In this document: piece by piece, positions 29,074 to 40,118 of the stretch
Layout of the letters: each line of letters opens with the position of its first letter
Numbering within the stretch: position 1 is the first letter of the stretch
From: an uncultured Gammaproteobacteria bacterium
Lineage (GTDB): Bacteria; Patescibacteriota; Microgenomatia; Levybacterales; UBA12049
Reading direction: 5' to 3'
Length of the DNA stretch: 64,000 nt
Assembly (NCBI GenBank): GCA_964507055.1
Contig: CAZDOJ010000001.1
Coordinates: 529,313-593,312 of the forward strand
Made by a program: the position numbers and the translations under genes
The notes under the pieces: generated by a model
Database searches by the model: none
Told to the model about the DNA's origin: nothing
The model's input: only the letters and a program-made list of their open reading frames with translations

Positions 29074-29832
29074 CTATACAATAATATAGCAGGTAAATTC
29101 TCCACTACTATCAATTGTTACGTCACGAGAACTGTAGTCTTCACCTTTCTTTCCGTCATTATATGCCCATCCGGGTACAATGTCAGTCATGCCTCGACTC
29201 CAATCATCACATGGAACCCAATTTTTACTAGGTTCTCGCATACTTGGTTCTCCAATAATTTCCGCCGCATAATAGTACATCTCTTCCTCTGTTAAAGGAA
29301 TATATGGAGGAATATCATTTGGATTTTTATTAATAAATGCAAGGCGATTTTTCTTTGCGAGAGGATCTTCAGGAACTTCAACCGTTTTTCCGGGCAGAGA
29401 TTCACCCAATTCAGCAACTTCATCTGTTGCTACTAAGAGTGGAAGAAAGTGTGCTCGTATATCAAAAGATTTGGCATTAGTGTCAGGGTTTTCTTTCTTT
29501 ATAATCTCAATCGCTGGGTAAAACAGATTTCTTGGATCATCCTCGTCAACTTTTAATGAAAGCTGGAAGTGAGTTATTTTTGTTCTGTCCATATCAGCAA
29601 CGGCTATACTGAATGGGCCTGTTGTTTCAGCATCAAAGTTAAAACCTCCTGGCCAAAATTTTTCTAAATGTGTATGTCGTTTAATAACTCCTGTCATTTC
29701 ACCAAACTGTGCTCGCTGTGCTTCATTGACAACTACGTCAGGTGTTCTTGCAACATTTCGATCAAGACCTATACCTGCAGCTGCTCCAAGGCCTAAGCCT
29801 TCTAAAAATCTTCGTCTTCCAAATTCGCTCAT
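29074..29832 (-). CDS. Hypothetical secreted protein with twin-arginine signal
   Basis: MSEFGRRRFLEGLGLGAAAGIGL is a Tat motif (RRRFLEG). No other recognisable motif. Confidence 0.45.
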   Translation of the reverse strand: MSEFGRRRFLEGLGLGAAAGIGLDRNVARTPDVVVNEAQRAQFGEMTGVIKRHTHLEKFWPGGFNFDAETTGPFSIAVADMDRTKITHFQLSLKVDEDDPRNLFYPAIEIIKKENPDTNAKSFDIRAHFLPLLVATDEVAELGESLPGKTVEVPEDPLAKKNRLAFINKNPNDIPPYIPLTEEEMYYYAAEIIGEPSMREPSKNWVPCDDWSRGMTDIVPGWAYNDGKKGEDYSSRDVTIDSSGEFTCYIIV

Positions 29833-29869
29833 GTTCAGTATAATAAGTGGCTAAAGGCTAATTGTCAAT

Positions 29870-30445
29870 CTATATTGGTGGATTCTCTAAACTTTTCCAT
29901 AAATACCAACACGCTGCCGAACGATTTGGTTTCCATTTTTCAGAAAGTTTGATCATCTCTTCTTGATCAGTAATACCGTACAATTTTATGATTGCATTGC
30001 GTAGTCCCAAGTCCCCAATTGAAAAAATATCAGGCCGTTGAAGAGTGAAGATTAAAATCATTTCAGCTGTCCATTTCCCTATTCCTTTAATTTGCGTTAG
30101 TTCCTTAATGACTTCTTCATCTGATTGTTTGCGGACTTTTTCGATATCTATTAAATCACTGACAAAAGCATTTGCAACAGATTTAACATATTTTATTTTT
30201 GAATAAGATAAACCTGCACTACGAATCTTTTCATCTTCCATTGCTAATACTTCAACCGCTGAAGGAAATTCTTTAGCACTAAATAAATCAACAAATCGTG
30301 TATAGATTGTATCTGCTGCTTTTACAGAAAGCTGCTGAGAAATAATTGATTGCATGAGTGATTGCATCAATGCCGTACTTCTATCTTCAAAGATCGGTGC
30401 TGGGTACTTCTTTTCCAAACTGTGCATTATTGGTTCTTTAAACAT
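29870..30445 (-). CDS. HhH-GPD base-excision glycosylase (AlkA / 3-methyladenine glycosylase II-like)
   Basis: HhH-GPD-like core (IKGIGKWTAEMILIF...D). Confidence 0.6.
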   Translation of the reverse strand: MFKEPIMHSLEKKYPAPIFEDRSTALMQSLMQSIISQQLSVKAADTIYTRFVDLFSAKEFPSAVEVLAMEDEKIRSAGLSYSKIKYVKSVANAFVSDLIDIEKVRKQSDEEVIKELTQIKGIGKWTAEMILIFTLQRPDIFSIGDLGLRNAIIKLYGITDQEEMIKLSEKWKPNRSAACWYLWKSLENPPI

Positions 30446-30562
30446 ATATCAATCACATACCGCCGAATATTCAGCCTTTTATTTTAGAAACAAGTTCTTG
30501 TCTTTTTGATCGTTCTTTCACAATTTGTGGCACTATACCACGCAAAAGAATAATTGACAAAC

Positions 30563-32263
30563 TTATCGTTTAAACATTCTATTTACTGTTCGTAAATCCA
30601 CTGTTATTTTTGTAGGTCGACCATGAGGACAGGTCGCATTATTGGGAGTCTCTTCTAACTCCTTAATCAAATCAATACTCTGTTCTTTGGTCAAAGAATC
30701 CCCTGATTTTACAGCACCTCTGCATGCAAGAAATGCAATAATCTTTTGGCTAATAGAATCTATATCAGTATTCATATCTATTCTCAATTTCTCAAGAATA
30801 TCAGTTATTAAAATTTGCGGATTTCGGTCATGTAATAATTTAGGTACACTCCGGACAAGAAAACTTCTTCCTTTGAAGTGATCAATAATAAAACCGAGTT
30901 GAGCAAATGTTGCTTCATACTCATGAAACAACTCCTGATCATTTATTGTCAATTCAATTAATTTAGGTTTTGCAAAATGTATACTTACATCGTTTCTTTT
31001 TTGTTGCTTAAATACTTTAAGTAACTGTTCATAGCGTATTCTTTCATGAGCGGCATGTTGATCTATTAAAACTATTCCATCGTTTGTTTGCATTACAAGA
31101 TATAAATTATGCATTTGTACTAAATGATCTTCGTTAACTTTTATTGGTTGCACAAGATTCCACGGCAAACTTTGATCACGCAATATCTTCCCTGTATAAG
31201 AATCAGTACTCGACTTAAAAATGCTATCATCAGAGTACGAAGAACTTTCCCATAAAGAATTATGAAAAACAATGTCATGTTTTGTTAATGTTTGCGTCAC
31301 AGCTCGTTTAATAATATCGTTTAGTTCCACTTGATTGACAAATCGAACTTCTTCTTTTCGAGGATGGACATTTACATCAACTACTTCATGAGGCATTGAG
31401 AAAAAAAGTAAACAAACTGGATAGGTATTTTTTTCAATAAGTTTTCCATAAGCAGATTTCATCGCAGTAGAAATTCCTTTATCTGAGACATTTCTTTTAT
31501 TAACAAATAAATATTGTTTGTGTGGAGTTTTTGTAGTTATCTGAGGACGAGCAATAAAACCCGAAATGGAAACATAATTATCAGTAAATGAAATTGGTAG
31601 CAAATGGGAATATATATCTTTGCCTAACAATATATGTATGCGATCGAGTGGTTCTGTAGTTCTGGGTAAATCAAAAATTGTTTTACCATTGTGTGTTAAG
31701 AGGAAATGAATATTTGGATGAGCAAACGAAAACTGCATAACCGTTTCGATAATATGACGAAATTCAGTACGTAAAGATTTAAGAAATTTTTTACGTCCTG
31801 GAACTGAATGAAAAAGATTTTCGACTAAAACTTGGGTCCCTACTGGCATTCCAATCGAAGTATCCTTTATCAATTTTCCATTTTGAATTGTGACGAGTGA
31901 ACCAGCGTTTTCACTTTTTATTCGGCTCTGGATAGTGAGTTTACTTATTGCAGCAATACTTGCCAATGCTTCCCCTCGAAATCCTAAAGTTCCAATAACT
32001 GAAAGCTCATCAATAGCATGTAATTTACTCGTTGTGTGAGGCTTCCAACTTTCCTCTAAATCTTTTGGAGACATTCCTTCACCATTATCGATAACAGATA
32101 TACGCTTCAGTCCACTCTCTTCAACAGTAATAATAATTGAATCTGCGTTAGCATCAATGGCATTCTCAACAAGTTCTTTCACTACATATACAGGACGTTC
32201 AATAACCTCACCCGCGGCAATTTTTGAAATAACTTCTTGTGATAACTGTCGAATTTTAGGCAT
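30563..32263 (-). CDS. mutL: DNA mismatch repair protein MutL
   Basis: GHKL ATPase N-terminus (AAGEVIERPVYVVKELVENAIDA). Confidence 0.9.
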   Translation of the reverse strand: MPKIRQLSQEVISKIAAGEVIERPVYVVKELVENAIDANADSIIITVEESGLKRISVIDNGEGMSPKDLEESWKPHTTSKLHAIDELSVIGTLGFRGEALASIAAISKLTIQSRIKSENAGSLVTIQNGKLIKDTSIGMPVGTQVLVENLFHSVPGRKKFLKSLRTEFRHIIETVMQFSFAHPNIHFLLTHNGKTIFDLPRTTEPLDRIHILLGKDIYSHLLPISFTDNYVSISGFIARPQITTKTPHKQYLFVNKRNVSDKGISTAMKSAYGKLIEKNTYPVCLLFFSMPHEVVDVNVHPRKEEVRFVNQVELNDIIKRAVTQTLTKHDIVFHNSLWESSSYSDDSIFKSSTDSYTGKILRDQSLPWNLVQPIKVNEDHLVQMHNLYLVMQTNDGIVLIDQHAAHERIRYEQLLKVFKQQKRNDVSIHFAKPKLIELTINDQELFHEYEATFAQLGFIIDHFKGRSFLVRSVPKLLHDRNPQILITDILEKLRIDMNTDIDSISQKIIAFLACRGAVKSGDSLTKEQSIDLIKELEETPNNATCPHGRPTKITVDLRTVNRMFKR

Positions 32264-32312
32264 AGAAAAGTGGTTTCATCATAGTATATGAAGAGAAACA
32301 AAAGCAAGCGGA

Positions 32313-34964
32313 CTAATCAACATCTAAATATTTTTTATTCTCCAAACTAAACAATTTTAATTTTTCCTTCAAATCTGCAAGTTTGTTAAGAGCTTCCAAT
32401 GGAGTCATTTGTGAAATATCGAGCTGCTCAAGTTCTTTGTGAATTATATGATCGGCTAAGTTAATCTGATGAGAAGCAATCTCAGTTTGTGAGACAGAAG
32501 TAGCTGGAGTTGGTTCTGTTTCACTTCTTTTCTCTAATTCTTCTAAAAGTACCTTTGCTCTGGCAATAACTTCGGATGGAATCCCTGCAAGTTTTGCAAC
32601 AGCTACACCAAAACTATGCGATGCTCCACCTACAACAATTGTATGAAGAAAAACCGGTTCTCCATTTTCTTCGGCAACTGACATATGAAAATTATGAATT
32701 TTCTGAGGGAATAACTCTTCTAATACTTGTAACTCGTGATAATGTGTAGCGAACAATGTCTTTGGATTATTCTTATGTGCAACCAAATGCTCGGCGATAG
32801 CCCATGCAATACTAATCCCGTCATAGGTACTTGTTCCCCTACCAATTTCATCCATAATAATGAGACTTTTCTCTGTTGCATTATGTAGGATATTTGCTGT
32901 TTCAACCATTTCAACCATAAACGTAGAAAGACCAGAAGTGATGACATCTGATGCACCAGATCTCACAAAGATCTGATCAACAGGACTTATCTTTGCAGAT
33001 TCTGCAGGAACAAAACTACCTAATTGTGTCATCAGTACAATCAATGCCGTTTGGCGAATATATACAGATTTACCTGCCATATTTGGTCCTGTTATTAGCA
33101 TCAGTTGTTGTGTTGATTGATCCAGACAAACATCATTTGGAACAAATTTTCCAGATCCAAGTAAAGTTTCTACAACAGGATGTCTTCCTCCCACTATATG
33201 CATTGAACCATCAGCAATGAGTGATGGTCTCATGTAATGGTTCTTTTCAGCTATATATGCAAACGACAACAAACAATCAAAGGCAGCGATACTTTGTGCA
33301 GCATCTTGAATCACAGATGCTTGTGCTAGTACTTTTGTCAGAATATCTTGAAATAATAAAAACTCAATATCATTTATTTTTTCTTCTGCACTTAAAATAA
33401 TTTCTTCTTGTTCTTTAAGCTCTGGTGTAATAAATCTTTCAGCATTTACTAATGTTTGCTTTCGCATATAATGTATAGGAACTGCATTTAAATTTGATTT
33501 ACTTACTTCTATATAAAATCCAAAAACTTGATTGAAACGTACTTTTAATGAACTTATCCCAGTTTGCTCGCGTTCTTTCATTTCAAGATCAACAATCCAT
33601 TCTCTACTTCCACCAACAATTTTTCTAAGTCGATCCAATTCTTTATCTACATTCTGAGTTATCATTCCCCCTTCGCGAATACTAATTGGTGGCTCTTCAA
33701 CTATTATGTCTTCAATTTGTTGAATTATTTTTTTGATAGCTTTTGTATCGATCTGCTTAGACAGTCGGTGTAGAGTTTTGCTTTCCAAATTACTAAGACT
33801 CTTTTGGATTTCCAATATTGTATTTAAAGAGCTTTTTAAATTTACTAAATCACGTGCATTTCCAAGCCCTACTGATAAGCGAGAAAATAATCTTTCAATG
33901 TCACTTACCTTTTCGATTGTCGAACGAAAATCTGTTCTCAGTGACTGCTTTTCTAGAAGTTCTTCAACTGCATCGTGTCTTCCAGTAATTTCAACCGCGG
34001 AGACAAGTGGTTTTTTTATCCATTGCTTTAAAAGTCTTCCTCCCATTGCAGTTATTGTTTGGTCCAAAACTGATAAGAGTGTTCCTTTCGAATCATGTTC
34101 TCGGATAGTAGAAAAGAGCTCAAGATTTATTATGGTTGATCGATCAAGTGCGAGAAAATCATCTCGAGAATACGCTACAATTTTCTTAATATGATGGACT
34201 GGTCGCTTTTGTGTTTGTTGCAAATAACCCAATAACGCTGCGGCTGTTTCTTGTGCAGATTTCTGTTCCGTTATGCCAAAACCTGCTAATGTCGATACTC
34301 CAAAATGCTTCGTCAAAGTTTGTGAAGCATCATTTGCATAAAGATCCCAATCGCTAAAAGGAAAAATGTTAATAGAGTTTTCTACTCTCAATATCTTGAG
34401 AATGTCAGAGTTATTATAAAGTTTTGTAGGAAGGATACATTCTTTAGGGTGTATTCTCGCAAACTCATCAGCAATAGTTTGTTGATAATTTTCTGAAGGA
34501 AATTCTGATGTTGCAAAATATCCCGTTGAAACATCAGCGACAGACAACGCTAGAGAGTTTTTTTCAATGTTAACTGCAACAATATAATTGTTATCTTTTT
34601 TCTCTAACGCTTTCTCATCAAGCATTGTTCCAGGAGTAACAATACGTACAACGTCACGTTCAACCAAACCCTTTTTATTGGGTGGTGATAATTGCTCACA
34701 AATTGCAACTTTATAGCCTGCTTTTACTAATTTAGCCAAATAAGCATCCACAGCATGGTAAGGAACTCCTGCCATTGGGATTCTTCCACCTTTACCATTA
34801 GCTTTTCCCGTTAATGTAATATTAAGCACTTTTGCACCAATATGTGCATCCTCGAGGAATAATTCATAAAAGTCCCCCATCCGATAAAAAAGTAAACAAT
34901 CCTGATACTGTTTTTTAACAGCTTCGTATTGTTTCATCATTGGTGTACTGAATGTCTCCTGCAT
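32313..34964 (-). CDS. mutS: DNA mismatch repair protein MutS
   Basis: Walker A GPNMAGKS and MutS domain order. Sits upstream of mutL on the same strand. Confidence 0.95.
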   Translation of the reverse strand: MQETFSTPMMKQYEAVKKQYQDCLLFYRMGDFYELFLEDAHIGAKVLNITLTGKANGKGGRIPMAGVPYHAVDAYLAKLVKAGYKVAICEQLSPPNKKGLVERDVVRIVTPGTMLDEKALEKKDNNYIVAVNIEKNSLALSVADVSTGYFATSEFPSENYQQTIADEFARIHPKECILPTKLYNNSDILKILRVENSINIFPFSDWDLYANDASQTLTKHFGVSTLAGFGITEQKSAQETAAALLGYLQQTQKRPVHHIKKIVAYSRDDFLALDRSTIINLELFSTIREHDSKGTLLSVLDQTITAMGGRLLKQWIKKPLVSAVEITGRHDAVEELLEKQSLRTDFRSTIEKVSDIERLFSRLSVGLGNARDLVNLKSSLNTILEIQKSLSNLESKTLHRLSKQIDTKAIKKIIQQIEDIIVEEPPISIREGGMITQNVDKELDRLRKIVGGSREWIVDLEMKEREQTGISSLKVRFNQVFGFYIEVSKSNLNAVPIHYMRKQTLVNAERFITPELKEQEEIILSAEEKINDIEFLLFQDILTKVLAQASVIQDAAQSIAAFDCLLSFAYIAEKNHYMRPSLIADGSMHIVGGRHPVVETLLGSGKFVPNDVCLDQSTQQLMLITGPNMAGKSVYIRQTALIVLMTQLGSFVPAESAKISPVDQIFVRSGASDVITSGLSTFMVEMVETANILHNATEKSLIIMDEIGRGTSTYDGISIAWAIAEHLVAHKNNPKTLFATHYHELQVLEELFPQKIHNFHMSVAEENGEPVFLHTIVVGGASHSFGVAVAKLAGIPSEVIARAKVLLEELEKRSETEPTPATSVSQTEIASHQINLADHIIHKELEQLDISQMTPLEALNKLADLKEKLKLFSLENKKYLDVD

Positions 34965-35059
34965 TACTTATATACTATACTTTTTTTCTTGTATTATTTC
35001 AAAGATTATAAATTTATACGCTGCATGAGAACAGATATAAATTATTTTATTCTATTAAA

Positions 35060-35902
35060 TTGACAACGATAAGTATAATTATCTACAATAATTTTAATAT
35101 GCTTGAGAATGCTTTACCCCCTGAAATTGGACCTACTAATAAACTCACAGGAGAAGTTCAGCGTCTATTATTACAAAATGTTGATGCTACTGTTATCACT
35201 GGAGAGGTGGGATTAGCTAAACGTCCGAAAGAAAAATTTCCTAATACATATAGAACTTTAGGACTTGACTACCATCCACAACAGATACAGCCTCCTTTAG
35301 GCAAGCTCACTGATCCTGAAACGATAAAAAATGTGATTATTCCTAAACGTCCAGCATTTTGGGATGAACAAGAAGAAGGAACTGCTCCATTTACAGATAG
35401 AGAGTTTGTATTCACTGTGTCAGCAAAGATAAATACATCAAAAGAATTCGACCCCTTACCAAAATATAAGATAACAATTCCAATGGATTCAGTAGTTCAT
35501 TATGCAATGGGAAAAAAAGAATTTTATACTGATGAAGATGAAAATTGGAGAGTGGTTGAATATAATAGAAGACCTATTGTTGAAGCATTACGAAAGCAAG
35601 TTGAAGAAATGAGAAGAGACCCAGAGATGAAAGCAGATCCTAGAATTTTGGGATTGGCATCCGAAGCAAGCACACACTCTAATGATATGCAAGAAAACGC
35701 AGAACTTGAAAGAGATATGGGCGTTGCTCGTGAAGCTACTCCTGATGAAATTGCTGCCTTACTGATAATTATGCATAACCCTGGCATAATACGACAAAAT
35801 CCAAGGAGCTATTTCACTGGCCTCGTAGATATTATTGATACTGAAGAAGGTAGACACTGGCATGAAGAAAGAACAAATGAAGAAAATAGAAATAAAGAAT
35901 AA
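35060..35902 (+). CDS. Hypothetical protein (alternative start ATG 35099)
   Basis: ORF only; no signal peptide or recognisable motif. Confidence 0.35.
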   Translation: MTTISIIIYNNFNMLENALPPEIGPTNKLTGEVQRLLLQNVDATVITGEVGLAKRPKEKFPNTYRTLGLDYHPQQIQPPLGKLTDPETIKNVIIPKRPAFWDEQEEGTAPFTDREFVFTVSAKINTSKEFDPLPKYKITIPMDSVVHYAMGKKEFYTDEDENWRVVEYNRRPIVEALRKQVEEMRRDPEMKADPRILGLASEASTHSNDMQENAELERDMGVAREATPDEIAALLIIMHNPGIIRQNPRSYFTGLVDIIDTEEGRHWHEERTNEENRNKE

Positions 35903-35981
35903 CTAAGGTAAGAGTTTTGTAATTACGTTATTCTCTTCTTGTTTAGACTGTCTCTATAGTCTATAATTCATCCTTGTAACT

Positions 35982-37016
35982 ATGAGAAGACTCGCATTCC
36001 TTTTTTCTTCAATTATTTTTGCTCTTGCCTTCCACTTCACTTCAGCGACATCATATGCACAAATGGTTCCAAATAACTGTGAGGGGCAAATGAATATGGA
36101 TGGTATGTCCATGCCGCAACCTTCGTGCCCACCTGCACCAACTCCAACTGTTGCAGTAAATCCTGATGCGGCAAATACAGTAGCCGTCCGAAAGAATATT
36201 TATAGTTTAACTCCTGATGAATTAAATAGACTTGTAAATGCTCTCAATACTGTACGTGCAAATGGATCATACAATCGATTTATGGATGAACATATGCAAG
36301 CGATGATGATGAGAACTCCCGCAGATGATACTTCTACATTGAGGAATGCAGCCCACCGTGGTCCAGTATTTTTACCATGGCACCGTGCTTTTGTTTGGGA
36401 ATTTGAACAACTGTTAAGAACTGTTGATCCAACAGTTACAGTTCCCTACTGGGCATTTGAAAATGAAACTGCCGGAACAATACCATTGGTCTTTTCTGCT
36501 GGATACTTCGGCGGTGATGGTAATATCGCACAAGCTGATAGAGTTACCGATGGACCATTTGCTTCATGGGGCATTGTTCGAAGATTAGGAAGAGATCCAC
36601 AAGGTCAATCTACTTTGCCAAACGCAGGAGATATCGCATCTATTTTGCAAATTAACGAATATGATACACCGCCCTATAATGAATCATCTACAGGTTTCCG
36701 TAATTCGATCGAAGGGTGGACTGGAACAAATGCTCCATGGGGTATACATAATAGAGTCCATGGTTATGTCGGTGGGGATATGCTACCAGATGGTATGAGT
36801 GGAAATGCGGTAAATGATCCAATTTTTTGGTTAGTTCATGCAAACATTGATCGAATTTGGTGGCAGTGGCAACAAACACATGGTATTACAAATTATCAAC
36901 CAATTGTTGGTGGACCTGAAGGTCATAATCTTAATGACATAATGTTCCTACTCCCAAGTCAAGGAACTGCTGCGAATACATTAGATATTAACCAGATGAA
37001 TTATACCTATAATTAA
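35982..37016 (+). CDS. Secreted tyrosinase / type-3 copper protein
   Basis: Sec signal peptide. CuA site H..PWHRAFV. CuB site NDPIFWLVHANIDRIWWQWQ. Confidence 0.7.
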   Translation: MRRLAFLFSSIIFALAFHFTSATSYAQMVPNNCEGQMNMDGMSMPQPSCPPAPTPTVAVNPDAANTVAVRKNIYSLTPDELNRLVNALNTVRANGSYNRFMDEHMQAMMMRTPADDTSTLRNAAHRGPVFLPWHRAFVWEFEQLLRTVDPTVTVPYWAFENETAGTIPLVFSAGYFGGDGNIAQADRVTDGPFASWGIVRRLGRDPQGQSTLPNAGDIASILQINEYDTPPYNESSTGFRNSIEGWTGTNAPWGIHNRVHGYVGGDMLPDGMSGNAVNDPIFWLVHANIDRIWWQWQQTHGITNYQPIVGGPEGHNLNDIMFLLPSQGTAANTLDINQMNYTYN

Positions 37017-37021
37017 GTAAC

Positions 37022-37900
37022 TTAAATAATTGTCGAGGTTTCTTTTTTCTCTGCTTTTTCAATATCAAATCCTCTTTGTTCTAGTTTTGCCTCTATCTCG
37101 TCCATCAAAATTTTGTACACACGTACTGTAAGTACAAAGCTTCCCGGTCGGTAAGGATGATCGAAATCTTCAATAATAATCATGACTCCAAACGCAAGCA
37201 AGGCAAGTACTATTGTGAAATAGTAGTTGTAACCAAGATAATTAAATGGCACAAAAAGTGAACCGACAATGACTGAATATGTCGCTAAATTTACGTAAAT
37301 CTTAATACCTCTTGGTAATCGTTGGTTTGTGTATTGAATTTTCTTCTCACGATATTCCATTGCACGAGTCAAATAGCTAAATACCATCTGCCCGATATCA
37401 GGATACTTTTTAGAAGCATTAAAAACACTATCTTCAATTTTTATTAAAGCGTTATCAACATCTTTGGAGCGTGTCGTTAAGATTTTATAATTTGATGTTT
37501 CAGAGGTATCTATATATGTTTTTAGATAATTATATATATGGTATCGAATTTCATTCATTTCGGTTTTTGGAAAATGATGTGCCAAAATGAAAAGTTGACG
37601 TAACATATTTATTTCACCTCGATTAGCATCAATTAACCGATCCCATTTCGTCCATTGTGCTTGAATTATAAATGCAGAAATAATACTGAAAATAAGGTTC
37701 CCTGCACCAAATAAAGCAGGGATAGCAAAGCGATCTGCTTCTAATTTGTAGTCTGGAAGAATATTTGCAGTTCTCACAAAATAAAAAAGGGCAGAAAAAC
37801 CAATGGTAAAAAGAAGTACTTTTATAACAATTGATCGTATATATAAGCGTTCGTATAGTTTTGCTGTTGTTGAAAGTAATTCTGATTTAACTAACTCCAT
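37022..37900 (-). CDS. Hypothetical multi-pass membrane protein
   Basis: Several hydrophobic helices; no motif recognised. Confidence 0.4.
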   Translation of the reverse strand: MELVKSELLSTTAKLYERLYIRSIVIKVLLFTIGFSALFYFVRTANILPDYKLEADRFAIPALFGAGNLIFSIISAFIIQAQWTKWDRLIDANRGEINMLRQLFILAHHFPKTEMNEIRYHIYNYLKTYIDTSETSNYKILTTRSKDVDNALIKIEDSVFNASKKYPDIGQMVFSYLTRAMEYREKKIQYTNQRLPRGIKIYVNLATYSVIVGSLFVPFNYLGYNYYFTIVLALLAFGVMIIIEDFDHPYRPGSFVLTVRVYKILMDEIEAKLEQRGFDIEKAEKKETSTII

Positions 37901-37977
37901 ATATCTATCGTAACAAAAATAAGATTGCTTTTAAAGGAAGAATATCTAATACGCAATTATTTTGGTAAAATATAGCT

Positions 37978-38577
37978 ATGAAAGTTGCGATACTTGGTGG
38001 AAGTTTTGACCCTCCTCATCTTGGACATTTTTTTATTGCCCAACAGGTACAAGAATTACTTCACATGGATCAAGTCTGGTTGATGCCCGCCTATCATCAT
38101 CCTTTCAATCGAAATCTTTCAAAGATAGAACATCGTATCGCAATGACAAAACTGCTTGAGAATGATGTTCTAAAGACCTCTGAATATGAACTCAAACATA
38201 ATCCTACAAGTTTTACTATTGATACGTTAAACGGCTTAAAAAATACATATCCTGAGAATGACTATTATTGGATTACTGGAAGTGATCAACTTGAGCATTT
38301 TCAAAAATACAAAGATTGGCAACAAATAATTGAAAAGCATAATCTCATTATCTTTCCTCGAGAGTGGATGCTTCCTCAATTGGAAGAGATTGTTAAAGAA
38401 AAACTCATGTTGAAAACAATACCTAAAAATGTTATCGTTCTACAGTCAGATAAACTTTTTCTGACCAATATATCTTCAACAAAGATACGAGAGCGGTTAA
38501 AGAATAATGAAACAATTCATTATTTTGTACCGCAAGGCGTTGAAGAATATATAAGGAAAAATAAGCTCTATGTCTAA
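37978..38577 (+). CDS. nadD: Nicotinate-nucleotide adenylyltransferase
   Basis: MKVAILGGSFDPPHLGH nucleotidyltransferase motif. Confidence 0.85.
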   Translation: MKVAILGGSFDPPHLGHFFIAQQVQELLHMDQVWLMPAYHHPFNRNLSKIEHRIAMTKLLENDVLKTSEYELKHNPTSFTIDTLNGLKNTYPENDYYWITGSDQLEHFQKYKDWQQIIEKHNLIIFPREWMLPQLEEIVKEKLMLKTIPKNVIVLQSDKLFLTNISSTKIRERLKNNETIHYFVPQGVEEYIRKNKLYV

Positions 38578-39346
38578 CGATCTATTACAAATAAATGTTA
38601 CTCAGGAAAAAGAAAAAATTCAATCTTTCTTGAAAGAAACTTTTGAAAAGCAAAGAATAGATCATGCAGTTATTGGTTTATCTGGCGGGATCGATTCCGC
38701 AGTTTCTTTCTTTTTACTGAAAGATATTCTTCCTCCAGAAAATATTCATGTTACACATATGTATTATTTTCAACCAGTTTTTTCTGATATTGAGAAAACC
38801 GTTATCGAAGCTGGTATCCCTCAAAAAAATATTCATGTTGTATCTATAAAAGCTGCTGTGGATGAAGTAGCAAAGATAAATGCAGTTGGATCGAGCGAAG
38901 AAGATAAGATACGCATTGGAAATATAGCAGCAAGAATGCGCATGATTATTCTATTTGATTTAGCAAAAAAGCATAAAGCTCTTGTGGTTGGCACGGAGAA
39001 TCATACAGAATATCTTCTTAGCTATTTTACAAGATTTGGAGATCAAGCATCAGATATTGAACCAATTGAGCATTTATATAAAACACAAGTCTACCAACTA
39101 GCAAAACATCTAGGAGTATCTGATGCAATCATTGGGCAAAGTCCAACAGCAGGATTATGGCAAGGCCAAACCGATGAAGGAGAGTTTGGTTTTAGTTATG
39201 AAGAAGCAGACAATGTCCTTTATTTAGCAACTGAAAAGCATATGTCAGCGGAAGAAATAACAAAACAAGGATTTGCAAATGCTGAAAAGATATTACAATG
39301 GAAGCAAAAAAATTGGTTCAAACACGAAGCTCCTTATACGCTCTAA
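38570..39346 (+). CDS. nadE: NH3-dependent NAD+ synthetase
   Basis: PP-loop IGLSGGIDSAV. Overlaps the nadD stop by 8 nt. Confidence 0.85.
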   Translation: MSNDLLQINVTQEKEKIQSFLKETFEKQRIDHAVIGLSGGIDSAVSFFLLKDILPPENIHVTHMYYFQPVFSDIEKTVIEAGIPQKNIHVVSIKAAVDEVAKINAVGSSEEDKIRIGNIAARMRMIILFDLAKKHKALVVGTENHTEYLLSYFTRFGDQASDIEPIEHLYKTQVYQLAKHLGVSDAIIGQSPTAGLWQGQTDEGEFGFSYEEADNVLYLATEKHMSAEEITKQGFANAEKILQWKQKNWFKHEAPYTL

Positions 39347-40092
39347 GCTAGTTGTAAACTAAACATAACGCTTCTGCTTTTTCCCGGATAAATCATACTT
39401 TGCTCGGATCCAAAAAAATCACTATTTGGATCTTCCTCTACCGGTTCTATGCAAATATATGTTCTATCAATTTCTTTCGTATTGGGATTTTTGCCCACCC
39501 AAAGCATCGCTTTATGTAACCCGTTTTGTGTTAATGTAATCTCAGGTTTGCCAGGAATTTGAATTGTATTAACTTCATCCAAATCAATAGCGACGCCATC
39601 CCAATGTTCTTTTATCAAGTCTGTGACATCATGACCATTAATAATAGTTCCTTCAAAACCATGTGGTGCATCAAAGTAACAATGCTCTCCTGTATTTACC
39701 GGAGCTTTTTCATCTCCAGTATTTGTATGAACAATTGCACATGAATATCTTCCATCAGTCATATGCATTATTTGTTTTACCTTCATACCTTTTGGATATC
39801 CTTCATCGGTTATCATATGCGTTACAATTAAACTATCTTCAACTTCTAAGACATTACTTACTTCATTTCGCATATTCCCGTGTTGTTTTAAACCATAAAG
39901 ATTATTTCGATCAGGACCGAAGATTGGTGTACATGGATGGGTTACTCCAATCTTGCCATCACCACGATTGAATGAACCAAGGATTAAAGCATTATTTAAC
40001 TGCAAAGTAAGTTTTGCTCCGATAGGATTAATTGTAAGTTGATCGTTAGCACTTGAAGTAAGTATAATTATCTTCTCATCATTCATACGCAT
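39343..40092 (-). CDS. Possible aldose-1-epimerase-like (mutarotase fold) protein
   Basis: Weak resemblance: PIFGPD..., QHGNMRNE. Confidence 0.3.
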   Translation of the reverse strand: MRMNDEKIIILTSSANDQLTINPIGAKLTLQLNNALILGSFNRGDGKIGVTHPCTPIFGPDRNNLYGLKQHGNMRNEVSNVLEVEDSLIVTHMITDEGYPKGMKVKQIMHMTDGRYSCAIVHTNTGDEKAPVNTGEHCYFDAPHGFEGTIINGHDVTDLIKEHWDGVAIDLDEVNTIQIPGKPEITLTQNGLHKAMLWVGKNPNTKEIDRTYICIEPVEEDPNSDFFGSEQSMIYPGKSRSVMFSLQLA

Positions 40093-40118
40093 ATGATAAC
40101 TGATTTATAGAAACTTTG

